Shown: positions 49,299 to 60,657 of the stretch, in pieces
How the letters are laid out: each line of letters starts with the position of its first letter
Position numbering within the stretch: position 1 is the first letter of the stretch
Origin: an uncultured delta proteobacterium
GTDB lineage: Bacteria; Desulfobacterota; Desulfobacteria; Desulfobacterales; QNYZ01
Assembly: GCA_963845145.1 (NCBI GenBank)
Contig: CAWJQU010000003.1
Location: 1-64,000 of the forward strand
Length of the DNA stretch: 64,000 bases
Reading direction: 5' to 3'
Program-made: the position numbers and the translations under genes
The notes under the pieces: generated by a model
Database searches by the model: none
Told to the model about the DNA's origin: nothing
The model's input: the letters and a program-made list of their open reading frames with translations, nothing else

Positions 49299-50297
49299 AT
49301 GGGTAAAAACAGCCTGATCAAGTCAACAACAAAAAAAACACCAAAGGTCAAAAAAGAGACCGAAGCGAAAGTTAATAGCGAAGAAAAGATTGTTGCACCT
49401 CCATCGCCAAAGGCAACTTCGAAAGCAGACGCAGCATCAAAACCTGATTCAACAGTAAAACCGAAATCAACGCCAAAACCGGCCGCGGCGGACAAGCCTG
49501 AAAAAGTCGCGAAACCATCAGTGCCCAAACAAGCCGCCCAGCCACCCAAAACAACAAAGACCGAACCGAAAGAGGCCACCCCGCCTCCACCACCGGCTGC
49601 GGAAACACCGCGTGACCCGGAACCACCGGTCACCGTCACCTATGATACGCCATCCGGCCCGTCCACAGGTGAACCGATGGATAAAACGTTGATGATTCTG
49701 GCCGGTTGCGTTCTGTTTTTATTTCTATTGGTCATCGGCGCCAGCGCCTCCAACTCTGCACGGTATTATATTAACAAACTACCGGTAGGTATCGAAATTC
49801 TAAAGGGCCGGTTTGCCCCCTTGGGTGAAGATAAAATAATGGTTCTGCCCGATATCAATGCTCCGGAAGAAAAAAAATCGGTTTACAAGCGCGACGATGT
49901 ATATCCGTTGATTTTCAAGCACTACCTTCAAAAAGCCGACGCCTTGCTGGCTTCGCCGGGAATGCCTGATTATGAAAATATCAGGGCTCACCTGGCCAAA
50001 GCCCAGAACTTTGCCGTATCCAACGAACTGGCCGAGGCTGCTTCAAAACGGTTGACCGCCATCGATTTAAATAACCTGCTGTACCGCTCTGATGTGGCCT
50101 ATGACCAGGATACTGTGGAAGGGTTGGAAACCGCGCTGGATCATTTGGCCGAAGCGGCCCGTCTGGATATTGATCCTGATCAGCAGGAGAGAATCAATCT
50201 TCAAAAAGAGTCGATTCGCGAGCGGTTAAGGGAGTTAAAAGAAATTGAAGCCGCGTTGGAAGTGATGCCCAAAGAACCGGCGGTGCCCACCCATTAA
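49299..50297 (+). CDS. single-pass membrane protein with K/P/A-rich N-terminus and helical C-terminal domain
   Basis: Low-complexity N-terminal third, TM segment LMILAGCVLFLFLLVIGA, then a helical domain. Confidence 0.75.
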   Translation: MGKNSLIKSTTKKTPKVKKETEAKVNSEEKIVAPPSPKATSKADAASKPDSTVKPKSTPKPAAADKPEKVAKPSVPKQAAQPPKTTKTEPKEATPPPPPAAETPRDPEPPVTVTYDTPSGPSTGEPMDKTLMILAGCVLFLFLLVIGASASNSARYYINKLPVGIEILKGRFAPLGEDKIMVLPDINAPEEKKSVYKRDDVYPLIFKHYLQKADALLASPGMPDYENIRAHLAKAQNFAVSNELAEAASKRLTAIDLNNLLYRSDVAYDQDTVEGLETALDHLAEAARLDIDPDQQERINLQKESIRERLRELKEIEAALEVMPKEPAVPTH

Positions 50298-50352
50298 ACA
50301 ACCGTTTGGCGAACAATCACATCGCCTGGGGTAACCGTTCCGGCTAAGAAGG

Positions 50353-51348
50353 TTATCCCAGGTCGATCTCGCCAGCCCGAATACATGCGACCAGATGCCC
50401 ATTCCCATCGCTTGCCGGTGCCGCCGTAAGTTCCGGGATTATCTTTTTACAATCATCAATCATATGGGGACACCGGGTGTGAAAGACGCACCCCGGTGGT
50501 GGATGCATGGGCGAGGGTACATCCCCGATTAAGATCTGCTTCTGCTTTTTTTTACCTGGGTCGGGTACCGGTATGGCGGATATTAATGCAGCCGTATACG
50601 GGTGGGCCGGCTGCATGTAAAGCGTCTCGGCATCGGCAAATTCAACAAACTTTCCCAGATACATAACGGCTATCCGATCCGATATATGTTTTACCACGGC
50701 CAGATCGTGGGCAATAAACAGGTAGGCCAAGCCCATCTCCTGCTGAAGATCGAGAAGCAAATTCAACACCTGGGACTGAATGGATACATCCAGGGCCGAT
50801 ACTGGCTCATCGCAAATCACCAGTTTCGGATTAAGCGCAATGGCTCGGGCAATACCAATACGCTGGCGTTGCCCACCGGAAAATTCATGGGGAAATCTCG
50901 ATAAGGCCCCGGCGGATATGCCCACCCGCTGAAGCAACTGTCGCACTTTTGCTTTTCGTTCGGCGGCATCGCCGATACCGTGTATAATAAAAGGTTCTTC
51001 TAAAATATTGCCGACAGTATGACGCGAATTCAGGGATTCAAACGGGTCCTGGAATATCATCTGCATATCTTTACGCAAATCGCGAAGCGCTTCCCGCTTC
51101 AACCCTGATAAATCCTTTCCATCAAAAACCACTTTTCCGGACGTCGGGGTGTACAGCCTCAGGATGGTTCGTCCAACAGTGGTCTTGCCGCATCCCGATT
51201 CCCCTACCAGCCCCACTGTTTCGCCTTCAGGAATAGCAAATGAGACATCATCCACCGCATACACCTTTCCTACCGGTCGCCGAAACACACCGCCTAAAAC
51301 AGGGAAGTGCATTTTTAGGTGTTGAACGTTGAGGAGAGATTCGGCCAT
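50353..51348 (-). CDS. oligopeptide/dipeptide ABC transporter ATP-binding subunit (OppF/DppF)
   Basis: [28 protein letters not shown] and [11 protein letters not shown]. Confidence 0.93.
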   Translation of the reverse strand: MAESLLNVQHLKMHFPVLGGVFRRPVGKVYAVDDVSFAIPEGETVGLVGESGCGKTTVGRTILRLYTPTSGKVVFDGKDLSGLKREALRDLRKDMQMIFQDPFESLNSRHTVGNILEEPFIIHGIGDAAERKAKVRQLLQRVGISAGALSRFPHEFSGGQRQRIGIARAIALNPKLVICDEPVSALDVSIQSQVLNLLLDLQQEMGLAYLFIAHDLAVVKHISDRIAVMYLGKFVEFADAETLYMQPAHPYTAALISAIPVPDPGKKKQKQILIGDVPSPMHPPPGCVFHTRCPHMIDDCKKIIPELTAAPASDGNGHLVACIRAGEIDLG

Positions 51349-51367
51349 ATATTAAACGTTATCCAAA

Positions 51368-52366
51368 TTAGTAAAGGTAGCAGCTGGCCCAGTGTCTCCT
51401 GCCAACCGGGCGTAAAGGGGGTGGTTCGATACCACATCCTGCCATAGCATAGGGGCACCGATTCCCAAACCGACACCCGTCGGGCAATTCATACAGACTC
51501 GGCACCATCCCCCGAATCGTATTCAAACGGGTTTTGGGCGAATTATCAAGACGGGGGATCGCATCAAGCAACCCCAGGGTGTATGGATGTCGGGGATGAT
51601 TAAAAAGTTCCGCCACCGGTGCTTTTTCCGCGATCGTCCCCGCATACATGACCAACACCTCGTCACACACCTCGGCAATCACTCCCAAGGCGTGCGTAAT
51701 AAAGATAATCGCCATACCGGTACGTCGTTGCAGCGCCGACATCAATTCCAGGATCTGAGCTTGAATGGTCACATCCAGGGCGGTTGTCGGTTCGTCGGCG
51801 ATAAGAATATCCGGTTCGCCGGCCAGCGCCATGGCGATCATCACCCGCTGACGCATACCGCCCGAAATCTGATGGGGATACTCTGTAAGCCGCCGTTCCG
51901 GTTCGGAAATCCCCACTTCCTTTAACAGTTCGATCGATTTTTCCACGATCTGGGTTTCTCTCATCTCGGGAAAATGGAGCTTGAAGACTTCGCCCAATTG
52001 ACGCCCAATTGGATGGACCGGATTCAAAGCGGTCATCGGCTCCTGGAAAATCATCGAGATACCATACCCACGAATGGCGTGCATCTCGTCGGCGGGAAGG
52101 GTGGCGATATCCCGACCGCCAAACAATATTCTACCATTAGCGATTCGACCGTGCGGTTTGGGCAACAACCGCATGATCGATAAGGCCGTCACACTCTTAC
52201 CGCAGCCCGACTCCCCCACGATGCCCAAAGTCTTACCAGCCTCGACATCAAAACTCACGCCTTCAACGGCACGAATAACCCCCTCTTCGGTATTAAACGT
52301 CGTGATCAGATTATCTACTGTTAAAATGAGTTCCGGTTGCAAATAAATGGGCCCCTCAAGTGACAC
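51368..52366 (-). CDS. oligopeptide/dipeptide ABC transporter ATP-binding subunit (OppD/DppD)
   Basis: GESGCGKS, FQEPMTALNP, ISGGMRQR and DEPTTALD. Confidence 0.93.
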   Translation of the reverse strand: MSLEGPIYLQPELILTVDNLITTFNTEEGVIRAVEGVSFDVEAGKTLGIVGESGCGKSVTALSIMRLLPKPHGRIANGRILFGGRDIATLPADEMHAIRGYGISMIFQEPMTALNPVHPIGRQLGEVFKLHFPEMRETQIVEKSIELLKEVGISEPERRLTEYPHQISGGMRQRVMIAMALAGEPDILIADEPTTALDVTIQAQILELMSALQRRTGMAIIFITHALGVIAEVCDEVLVMYAGTIAEKAPVAELFNHPRHPYTLGLLDAIPRLDNSPKTRLNTIRGMVPSLYELPDGCRFGNRCPYAMAGCGIEPPPLRPVGRRHWASCYLY

Positions 52367-52373
52367 TTATAAT

Positions 52374-54275
52374 TCATTGTCCGGTTTTATAGGTTTCATC
52401 AACGTTAGTCATCGGTTGAAACGCTTTTTTCTTTTTTCTGGCGTCCTTGGTTTCTTCGTGCAACCCCGGATCATACCAGAAAAGCCCACCAGTCATACTG
52501 TCAAAAGGGCCGAAAGCGCTACCGGAATGTTTCGTTGCCGACGGATTCGGCAATCGCCACCAACGCCAAAAAGCTTGCCGGAAGTAGGGTCGCATGGCTT
52601 CCGGTACAAACGCACCGATTGAATGGACTTTTTCCTGAATCCGTAAAGATAGTTCGATCCGCTCATTTTCATCCAGAGAATTGCGGTATTCATCAATCAT
52701 TTGATCCAGTTCCGGATTATCCGCATTTGTCACATTATTGGTTTGCGGTTTATGCGCGTTGTCCGAATGCCACATTTGCCAGTAGGAGGGGCGCAGACCG
52801 GTGCCAAATCCCATAATGATCACTTCGTGACGGTTTTCGCTGATCTTTTTAAACCAGGCACTCGGATCGAGTTTTTGTAGATTGAGTTCGATGCCCGCCC
52901 TTTTGGCTTCCTCTTTCAACACCACCAACTTGGGTGTATGTCGGTCGGAACCATATGTCACCTCCACCGAAAACCGCCGGTCATTTTTCACCCAGATCCC
53001 GTCGCTCCCACGTTTCCAGCCAGCTTTTTGCATATAGTCGGACACCTTTTCAAGATCAAACCGGCGCGCCTTGATTTGGTTATTGGAATAGGGCCCATAA
53101 CCGACATATCCGTGTTCGAGTCTGAAAAAATCGTTCCGCAACACTTTTTCAATGACCCGCTGAATATTCATGCCATGGGCAAAGGCATAGCGGACATCTG
53201 GATCTTTAAAAATGTCTTTATCCTGATTCAACCACAACCCAAACGGCGACCGCGATGTATCATTGTAAAACCACAACCGATTTATATAGCCATTTTCAAT
53301 CTCAGGGGTTTTGCTTTTTACATGCCAATACTTGGGGGGATTCATGTCAAATACATCCACCCTAGCTTTTTTAAAATATTCCCACTCCATATTTTCATTA
53401 CGAACAACCGTATAAATGACCCGGTTAACATTAAAGCGATTTTTAAAGTACCTAAGATCCTTGGCCCACCACGCTTTCTTACGTGTAAACTTAACGTATT
53501 TTCCCTTTTTAAAATCTGAAATTTGATAGGGGCCGGTATTGGGAACAACTTTCCAATTGTACCTGCGGACAAAATCATTCCCCAGCTCGCCAAAATAATG
53601 TCTCGGAGTGGGCGCCAGTGAGAGCTTCATGTGAAGATCGGGCTCGGCCTTGGTACCGATAACGCCCAGGGTGTGGTCATCGTAGACAACGACCTTGTCG
53701 ATCTCTTTGGTATAGTAATCGTTATACCAGGGGGCCACGATATGTTTCGATCGCATAAATTCAAGGGTATAGGCAAAATCGTGGGCCGTGACCGGTTTAC
53801 CGTCTGACCAGCGAGCTTTGGGGTTCAACCTGAAAAACATGCTTTTTTTATCATCGCCGAAAGCCCAATGCGTCGCCAGCTCAGGAATCGTGTTCATGGT
53901 ATTGGGGTGAAGCCCGATTAAACCCAATTGATTCCCAAGGATGGCGCCCCTGAATTCGGCATTGGAATCCGGCCCGACGGTACGAAATGTCAAGGGAAAA
54001 CTTCGGATGGCCAATCGCAAGGTTCCCCCTTTTTTAGCTTCAGGGGAAGCGTAGGTCAGGTCCGCAGCATTGGTCAGCCATTTAATGTTCTCCGGCAGCG
54101 GCGTTTGACTCAATTTTGCTTGAAAAATGTTTTCCGCCCTCACGATATCGACCCGGTCGGCATCCGCCGAAGGCAGATCCTTATCGGTACACGCAACCAA
54201 TAATGTAAAAATAAAGATCATCAATCCGAGACAAGCTTCGGATAAATGCCATTTATTATAAAACATTATTAGCAT
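52374..54275 (-). CDS. peptide ABC transporter substrate-binding lipoprotein (YejA-like)
   Basis: Lipobox LVAC; AKKGG, ARWSDGKPVTAHD and GPY motifs; family-5 solute-binding protein size. Confidence 0.88.
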   Translation of the reverse strand: MLIMFYNKWHLSEACLGLMIFIFTLLVACTDKDLPSADADRVDIVRAENIFQAKLSQTPLPENIKWLTNAADLTYASPEAKKGGTLRLAIRSFPLTFRTVGPDSNAEFRGAILGNQLGLIGLHPNTMNTIPELATHWAFGDDKKSMFFRLNPKARWSDGKPVTAHDFAYTLEFMRSKHIVAPWYNDYYTKEIDKVVVYDDHTLGVIGTKAEPDLHMKLSLAPTPRHYFGELGNDFVRRYNWKVVPNTGPYQISDFKKGKYVKFTRKKAWWAKDLRYFKNRFNVNRVIYTVVRNENMEWEYFKKARVDVFDMNPPKYWHVKSKTPEIENGYINRLWFYNDTSRSPFGLWLNQDKDIFKDPDVRYAFAHGMNIQRVIEKVLRNDFFRLEHGYVGYGPYSNNQIKARRFDLEKVSDYMQKAGWKRGSDGIWVKNDRRFSVEVTYGSDRHTPKLVVLKEEAKRAGIELNLQKLDPSAWFKKISENRHEVIIMGFGTGLRPSYWQMWHSDNAHKPQTNNVTNADNPELDQMIDEYRNSLDENERIELSLRIQEKVHSIGAFVPEAMRPYFRQAFWRWWRLPNPSATKHSGSAFGPFDSMTGGLFWYDPGLHEETKDARKKKKAFQPMTNVDETYKTGQ

Positions 54276-54308
54276 TAAGCCCTTCCTTCCATAAAAGTGG
54301 CATTTTTC

Positions 54309-55352
54309 CTATTCATAAGTGGTATGCAGTTTGGGGTCGAAGGCTTCTCGTACCGCTTCACCGATAAAGGTTACGATCATCAAGGTAATCACCATGGCCC
54401 CAATCACCGATCCGGATATCCACCAGGCATCAAGATTGGTCCACCCCTGCTGAATCAGCTCTCCCCAGCTGGGCGTAGGCGGGGGCAGCCCGAACCCCAG
54501 ATAATCCAGTGACGTCAGCGCAACAATTCCTCCCGAGACGGAAAAAGGGGCAAAGGTGACAATGATCGCTATGGTATTGGGAATGATATGTTTGAAAATG
54601 ATGCGCCAATTGGATGCACCTAAAGCCCGGGCAGCGAGGACATACTCTCTCGCCCGCTCCTTGTAGGTAACCGTTCGCATGGTCCATGTGATCCCAATCC
54701 AGCCGAAAATCGCCATGATAAAAATCAACATGAAAAAATTGGGTACGACGATGGATGAAATGATAATGATCACATATAAAAACGGGACATTTGACCAAAT
54801 TTCGATGATCCTCTGGAAAAAGAGATCAAATTTACCCCCCCAAAACCCCATGGCACTGCCAATGGACACGCCAATGACGTAATTGGTCACCAAAAGCAGC
54901 AACGAGAACAGAATCGCAATTCGAAAGCCGTAAACGAGTCGGGCAAGGATATCACGCCCCACGGCATCGGTTCCCAGATAGTGCTTCTCTTTGGCCGATG
55001 GCGGGAATGGCGGATAGGCGTCCGCCTTAAGATCATTTTCATATGGGTTAAAAGGTACGGGCGGCAATAATACCCAATTGTGACCGTTACTTGTCTTGAA
55101 CCGTATTGACAACGCCCGGTAATCGGTTTCATAGTCGTAAGCTTCACCGAAGGTGGTTCCAGGCGACATGTTCCCGTAAGTTGGAAAGAAGTATTGGCCA
55201 TCGTAATGGACGATTAGGGCCCGATTGCTCACTAAAAGTTCGGCAAAAAATGACAAAACCAGCATGATAATAAAGAGCCAGAAAGAAATATATCCACGCT
55301 TTATTGACTTAAATCGTTTTATTTTTCTTATAGTTAGTGGGTTTAACTTCAT
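54309..55352 (-). CDS. peptide ABC transporter permease (YejE-like)
   Basis: HYLGTDAVGRDILARL, EYVLAARALG, SLDYLGFGLPPPTPSWG and EAFDP. Confidence 0.92.
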   Translation of the reverse strand: MKLNPLTIRKIKRFKSIKRGYISFWLFIIMLVLSFFAELLVSNRALIVHYDGQYFFPTYGNMSPGTTFGEAYDYETDYRALSIRFKTSNGHNWVLLPPVPFNPYENDLKADAYPPFPPSAKEKHYLGTDAVGRDILARLVYGFRIAILFSLLLLVTNYVIGVSIGSAMGFWGGKFDLFFQRIIEIWSNVPFLYVIIIISSIVVPNFFMLIFIMAIFGWIGITWTMRTVTYKERAREYVLAARALGASNWRIIFKHIIPNTIAIIVTFAPFSVSGGIVALTSLDYLGFGLPPPTPSWGELIQQGWTNLDAWWISGSVIGAMVITLMIVTFIGEAVREAFDPKLHTTYE

Positions 55353-55375
55353 CTAATAGTTTATATTTAAATTAA

Positions 55376-56395
55376 TCATTCAAATTTGACCCGCGGATCC
55401 ACGAGTGCCACGCAAATATCCGATAAAATATTACCAATCATAAAAAGCAGAGATGAGATAACCAATATGCCCATAACGACCGGGTAATCGCGCTCAACCA
55501 CAGACTCATACCCCAATAGCCCCATCCCATTAATATTAAAAACAGTTTCGATCAGAAATGATCCCATAAGAACAATGGATATATTGTTACCAAAACTGGT
55601 CGCAATAGGTATGAGGCTGTTACGAAGGGCATGATCGAAAATAGCTTTCCGAAATGGCAATCCTTTGGCAATGGCTGTTCTAACGTAATCCGCGGCCAGG
55701 TTCTCCATCAAGCTGTTTTTCATCAAAAAAGTCATCACGGTAAATGAACCGGCCACATAGGCGATGAGCGGTAACGCCGTATGCCATGCAATATCCAATA
55801 GTTTTGCCATAGGCGCAAAATCGTCAAAGTCATCGCTGACGATGCCCCCCAAAGGAAAAATTTCCCAGTAAGACGCAAAGAATACCAAAGTAAGCACACC
55901 CACCACCCATCCTGGTATGGCATACCCGATAAAAACCACGATTGACGATACATTATCAAAGACGCTCTTATGCCGTATCGCCTTTAATATGCCCAAAGGA
56001 ATACAGATACTGTAAATCAAAATAAGAGACAATATCCCAAAATATAAAGAGATGGGTATTCGGTCCCTTATCATTGACCAAACAGGATCATAATAGCGTG
56101 TCGACGTCCCCAGATCTCCCGTCAACACCTTTCCCAGCCATAAGAAATAACTGACCAGCACCGGTTTGTCGAAACCATAGTATTTTTTCAGCTCATCAAT
56201 CTGTTCTTCGGAAAGGGGCTGAGTCTGTTCCGCCGTTGATGGCGCCCCGCTGATATTGGGCATTTGCTGGGCTTGGGCGATGATTCTCTCAATGGGACCG
56301 CCGGGCACAAACCGGGTGATAATAAACACCAAAACGGTTATACCGATAAATGTCGGTATGATGAGGAGAAAACGTCGAATAAAATAGGCGGTCAT
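55376..56395 (-). CDS. peptide ABC transporter permease (YejB-like)
   Basis: MTAYFIRRFLLIIPT, PGGP, YGFDKP, DYVRTAIAKG and DPRV. Confidence 0.92.
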   Translation of the reverse strand: MTAYFIRRFLLIIPTFIGITVLVFIITRFVPGGPIERIIAQAQQMPNISGAPSTAEQTQPLSEEQIDELKKYYGFDKPVLVSYFLWLGKVLTGDLGTSTRYYDPVWSMIRDRIPISLYFGILSLILIYSICIPLGILKAIRHKSVFDNVSSIVVFIGYAIPGWVVGVLTLVFFASYWEIFPLGGIVSDDFDDFAPMAKLLDIAWHTALPLIAYVAGSFTVMTFLMKNSLMENLAADYVRTAIAKGLPFRKAIFDHALRNSLIPIATSFGNNISIVLMGSFLIETVFNINGMGLLGYESVVERDYPVVMGILVISSLLFMIGNILSDICVALVDPRVKFE

Positions 56396-56620
56396 GGCTC
56401 TTTTCGATATCCTAAAATGAAATTTTCTTTGAGAATCGGGGCACTCAATTGATACCAAAACATTTCAACCATACCCCAGCCGTACCGGCTTTTCAAGCTA
56501 CCCCGATGAAAGCTGCCTTGGTTAATGAACATCTTTTTGGCATATTGACATTCGATGGTCCATTTTTTACTTGTTGGGATCACTTGCCGCTCACATCCAT
56601 ATCTTTTGGAGAAGTCACCC

Positions 56621-57820
56621 ATGAACACAACCGATTCACGTACACCTAAAACAGAGATTTTCAGCAGAATTAATAAATTGCAACACTGCCTTCAAAAAGA
56701 TCGCATTGACGGGGCTTTAATCGTACAAAAAGCCGACCTGTTTTATTTCGCCGGTACCATTCAGGACGCCCATCTATATGTTCCCGCGGATGGCCGGCCT
56801 CTTTTACTGGTTCATAAAGACCAATCCCGTGCGCAGGCTGAATCGGCGATTCAAATGATTGAACCGCTTAAAGGGTTGCGCCAGATTTCTGAACGAATCC
56901 ACCATCACTGCAAACCGGCCCCACAAAGAATCGGCCTGGAGTTCGATGTATTGCCGGTGAATCATTATCTGAATTTCAAACGTTTTTTCGAGAAAGTGGA
57001 TTGGATCGATATATCGGATACCATCCGCCGTATTCGGACGGTAAAATCGACTTATGAAATTGAGTGTATCAAAGAAGCCGCCCGGTTATCCGATCGACTG
57101 GCCGCCGGTTTACCCGATTTGCTACAAGAAAATATGACCGAGATAGAACTGGCTGGCCAAGTCGAGGCTTTGGCCCGCAAGCTGGGCCATCAGGGTATCG
57201 TCCGAATGCGGTTGTGGGGCCACGAACTATTTTACGGCCACCTGATGGCCGGACCGGCGGCAGCCGTGGGAAGCTATCTGGCATCGCCAACGGGTGGCGT
57301 TGGTGTCGGACCGGCCGTTGCCCAAGGCGCCGGCCAAAGAACCATTCTGCGGCATGAACCGATTCTTCTGGATTATGTGTTTGTATATCGCGGTTACATC
57401 TCGGACCATACCCGTATTTTTTCACTGGGTGACCTATCAGACGACCTGATGCAAGCCCACGAGGCCATGCGAAGCGTGCAAGCAACCGTTAAAAAGGCGG
57501 CAAAACCAGGCGCTGTCGCTGGGGATCTATATTCACTGGCCATAGAAACCGCGAAAGAACTGGGATATGGGGATCATTTTATGGGTTACAACGAAAATCG
57601 TGTTCGCTTCGTTGGCCATGGGGTCGGCATCGAATTGGATGAATACCCCTTTCTGGCCCAAGGCCAGGACACCGTTCTTGAAAAAGGGATGGCCATCGCC
57701 TTTGAACCAAAATTGATTTTTCCCGAAAAAGGAGTGGTGGGCGTGGAAAACACCCACATCGTGGAAGCCGATGGGTTACAGCAATTAGGACAATATTCCG
57801 ATGCCATCACTATCGTCTGA
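56621..57820 (+). CDS. M24-family Xaa-Pro peptidase
   Basis: VKSTYEI, DYVFVYRGYISDHTR, GHGVGIELDE, FEPK and GVEN. GGAGA RBS before ATG 56621. Confidence 0.9.
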   Translation: MNTTDSRTPKTEIFSRINKLQHCLQKDRIDGALIVQKADLFYFAGTIQDAHLYVPADGRPLLLVHKDQSRAQAESAIQMIEPLKGLRQISERIHHHCKPAPQRIGLEFDVLPVNHYLNFKRFFEKVDWIDISDTIRRIRTVKSTYEIECIKEAARLSDRLAAGLPDLLQENMTEIELAGQVEALARKLGHQGIVRMRLWGHELFYGHLMAGPAAAVGSYLASPTGGVGVGPAVAQGAGQRTILRHEPILLDYVFVYRGYISDHTRIFSLGDLSDDLMQAHEAMRSVQATVKKAAKPGAVAGDLYSLAIETAKELGYGDHFMGYNENRVRFVGHGVGIELDEYPFLAQGQDTVLEKGMAIAFEPKLIFPEKGVVGVENTHIVEADGLQQLGQYSDAITIV

Positions 57821-58014
57821 GTCCGTCAAAAGAGGTTTCAAGCCAATGGAAAGGGGACAAAATTAAGGATTTTCGGCTACCCTGAAGATTTTTAGCGCCT
57901 GAAGGTTTTAGAGATTGATCGCCAAGGGGACTGGGGAAAGATTGCCCCGGCCATTTTTTTCCCGGTTTTTTTTCCTGGTCTTTTTTTTCCTGGGACATTA
58001 AAACCGGGGCTATT

Positions 58015-58048
58015 AAAAAAGGGAACGAGGTTTCCCCCCTTCCCTTTT
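58015..58048 (-). terminator. rho-independent terminator of rplM-rpsI (possibly bidirectional)
   Basis: Minus-strand GGGAA...TTCCC stem followed by TTTTTT, about 50 nt after the rpsI stop. Confidence 0.7.
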
Positions 58049-58098
58049 ACCAATTCAATATATGGGCTCAACATATGGGCGATACAATGAACCGAAGA

Positions 58099-58494
58099 TT
58101 AACGCTTGGAAAACTGGAACCGCTTCCGTGCGCCGGGCTGTCCATATTTTTTCCGCTCTTTTTGGCGTGGGTCCCGTTTAATATAACCGGCTTTCTTTAG
58201 GGCTGTCCTCAGATCCGGATCGGAGAGAACTAAGGCTTTGGTAATGCCATGTCGTATTGCACCGGCCTGACCGGTGATCCCGCCCCCAAGCACCTTGACA
58301 CGAATGTCGAATGATTTTGAATTGCTTGTTAAATTTAGCGGTTGCATAACAAGTGTTTTGGCCGTTTCCATGGAAAAATAATCATCCATGGGGCGACCAT
58401 TAATCGATATGTTACCCGCCCCAGGCGTCATCCAGGTTTTGGCGATAGCGGATTTACGTTTACCGGTGGCATAATAGACGTTTGCTGGTTCCAT
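58099..58494 (-). CDS. rpsI: 30S ribosomal protein S9
   Basis: [20 protein letters not shown] and [19 protein letters not shown]. Confidence 0.98.
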   Translation of the reverse strand: MEPANVYYATGKRKSAIAKTWMTPGAGNISINGRPMDDYFSMETAKTLVMQPLNLTSNSKSFDIRVKVLGGGITGQAGAIRHGITKALVLSDPDLRTALKKAGYIKRDPRQKERKKYGQPGARKRFQFSKR

Positions 58495-58606
58495 TAAATA
58501 ATCCTTGTAAAGTTTGGTCTTAAATTCTTTTTAATAATTAAAAATGGTATTCGAGTGTCGAAACAGCGCTTAGACAACATCGTCTAGCGCTTTGGCTTTT
58601 TTCGAA

Positions 58607-59041
58607 CTACGCCTCTAAAACTTCAGGCTCCTGGGCCTGATGGGGATGTTCGTTCCCGGCATACACTTTGAGATGCGAATACAACCGCCGACCCAACTTG
58701 TTTTTCGGCAACATCCCTTTAACGGCAAAGCGCACCAAATCTTCGGGGCGTTTTTCCATCAATTTTTCCGCGGTAATGGTCTTTAAGCCGCCGATATAGC
58801 CACTATGGCGATAGTAATTCTTTTGCTTCATTTTCCGGCCGGTAAGGACAATTTTATCGGCATTGATAACGATGACCCCATCCCCCATATCGGCGTGAGG
58901 GGTGAAAAGGGGACTATGCTTTCCCCGCAGCCGGGCGGCCACAGTTGTCGCCAGCCGGCCCAGAACTTTGTCTTTGGCATCCACAACCACCCAATTACCC
59001 GGATTATCGCTATCTTTTGCGCTGTACGTATATTTCTTCAC
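58607..59041 (-). CDS. rplM: 50S ribosomal protein L13
   Basis: GTG start with [43 protein letters not shown] and HPHQAQ. Confidence 0.98.
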   Translation of the reverse strand: MKKYTYSAKDSDNPGNWVVVDAKDKVLGRLATTVAARLRGKHSPLFTPHADMGDGVIVINADKIVLTGRKMKQKNYYRHSGYIGGLKTITAEKLMEKRPEDLVRFAVKGMLPKNKLGRRLYSHLKVYAGNEHPHQAQEPEVLEA

Positions 59042-59250
59042 GAACGACCTCTTTTTATTTTTCTTTTTCAATGATTTTAACCCGCTATATGTAATGAGAC
59101 GATTGCTCTTTGTCAAGAAAAAAAACACGCCCAGCTCAGATCATTTTGTTGCCAACGGTCTTTAATCTATCACCCCTAACTTGATATTGTTGACATTATT
59201 CGTTATATCGCCGGGGTTATTTGCGACCATATTTTTATAGGAGACAATAA

Positions 59251-59856
59251 ATGCCGTTGGAGCATGAAGCCAAATTTATTTTAACCGATGTTGAGAAAAT
59301 TCGTTCTAAAATTCTCAATCTGAAAGGTCATTCCAAAGGTCGCTTTTTTGAGACGAATGTTCGCTATGAAAACAAAGACAACGACCTCAGAAAAAACAAG
59401 ATTTTGTTGCGTCTGCGACAAGATCAACAGGTACGACTAACCTTTAAATCTCCCGTCGCCCATAGCAACAGCGGTGTCAAAACGATGAACGAAATCGAGG
59501 TGTCTGTCAGCGATTTTGATTCCATGGATCAAATTCTAAAAAGTGTCGGTTTTCATCGAGCGCAAATCTATGAAAAATGGCGCGAGACAATTGTTCTGAA
59601 AAATGCCGAGCTTTGTCTCGATACCATGCCATTTGGAGAATTTTTAGAGATTGAAGGTACCCCTGATAGCGTTCGGGATATATCGGCTAAGTTGGGCCTG
59701 TTATGGCAAAGCCGTGTGCTTGATAATTATTTGACGATATTTGAGCGTCTAAAAAAATGGGAGGCATTATCCTTCAACGATGTGTCATTTAATAATTTTA
59801 AGGATGTTAAGATAGACCTGAATCGATATGTCGCTCGGCTTGAGGCTGGAGAATGA
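59251..59856 (+). CDS. CYTH-domain protein (class IV adenylate cyclase-like)
   Basis: EHEAKF (ExExK), LRLR, LTFK, YEKWRE and FLEIEG; AGGAG RBS. Confidence 0.88.
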   Translation: MPLEHEAKFILTDVEKIRSKILNLKGHSKGRFFETNVRYENKDNDLRKNKILLRLRQDQQVRLTFKSPVAHSNSGVKTMNEIEVSVSDFDSMDQILKSVGFHRAQIYEKWRETIVLKNAELCLDTMPFGEFLEIEGTPDSVRDISAKLGLLWQSRVLDNYLTIFERLKKWEALSFNDVSFNNFKDVKIDLNRYVARLEAGE

Positions 59857-60650
59857 CCTTTTTGGGCCCGACTGTTTTTTGTATGAATCTTCGTTTCGGA
59901 CTGGCCGATGACGCTGCCGATGGGTGGCACAAACGGGGGCGAATTGTCGCACAATTATTAAATGAATATTCGGCTGATTTTTATGCGTTTCAGGAAGTAA
60001 ACGATTTTCAGGCCAAAGATCTTCAGGCCAACCTGGTCCAGTATGGCATGATCGGCCAGCGCCATCCGGCGCCCGATGGGTGGCAAAACAATCTGATTTT
60101 TTATCGCCCGGATTGGCATTGTACCGCTTCGGACCATTTCTACTTGAGCCATACACCGGACGTGCCCAGCAAATTTGAAAACAGCAAGTGGCCCCGCCAG
60201 TGTACCATGGGGTCATTCACGAAAGCTGGCCAAAGCCTGATTTTTATAACCACACATTTTGATTTTGATACACGCGTGCAGGAAAAGAGTTCTCAAGTCA
60301 TCCTGTCACGGCTAAAGACGCTGCCTACCGGCACACCGTCGATCTTGACAGGTGATTTTAATGCAACACCGGAGGACCGGTGCTATCAAATCTTTACCGG
60401 AACCTTGACCGACGCCAATATAAAAGCGTCCGATAGAATGGATCAACCGGTTTTTAAAAACGTATTCAAACCGCCATACCCATCTACCCATCATGGATTT
60501 ACCGGTGACGCTCAAAGCGGCCTGATCGACTGGATCCTGTACCGGGGAGGTCTTAAACTGAAAGATGCCGGCATCATTACGGACACATTCGATGGAAGAT
60601 ATCCCTCGGACCACTTCCCACTGATTGCCCGCTTTGAATGGGGCGCATAG
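59853..60650 (+). CDS. endonuclease/exonuclease/phosphatase family protein
   Basis: NLR, FQE, THFD, GDFN, IDWI and SDHFP motifs. Confidence 0.9.
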   Translation: MTFLGPTVFCMNLRFGLADDAADGWHKRGRIVAQLLNEYSADFYAFQEVNDFQAKDLQANLVQYGMIGQRHPAPDGWQNNLIFYRPDWHCTASDHFYLSHTPDVPSKFENSKWPRQCTMGSFTKAGQSLIFITTHFDFDTRVQEKSSQVILSRLKTLPTGTPSILTGDFNATPEDRCYQIFTGTLTDANIKASDRMDQPVFKNVFKPPYPSTHHGFTGDAQSGLIDWILYRGGLKLKDAGIITDTFDGRYPSDHFPLIARFEWGA

Positions 60651-60657
60651 GCAGCCG

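Noticed and set aside
57810..58074. Short minus-strand ORFs after rpsI
   Set aside because: They arise from the poly-T repeat array and terminator region and are low complexity.
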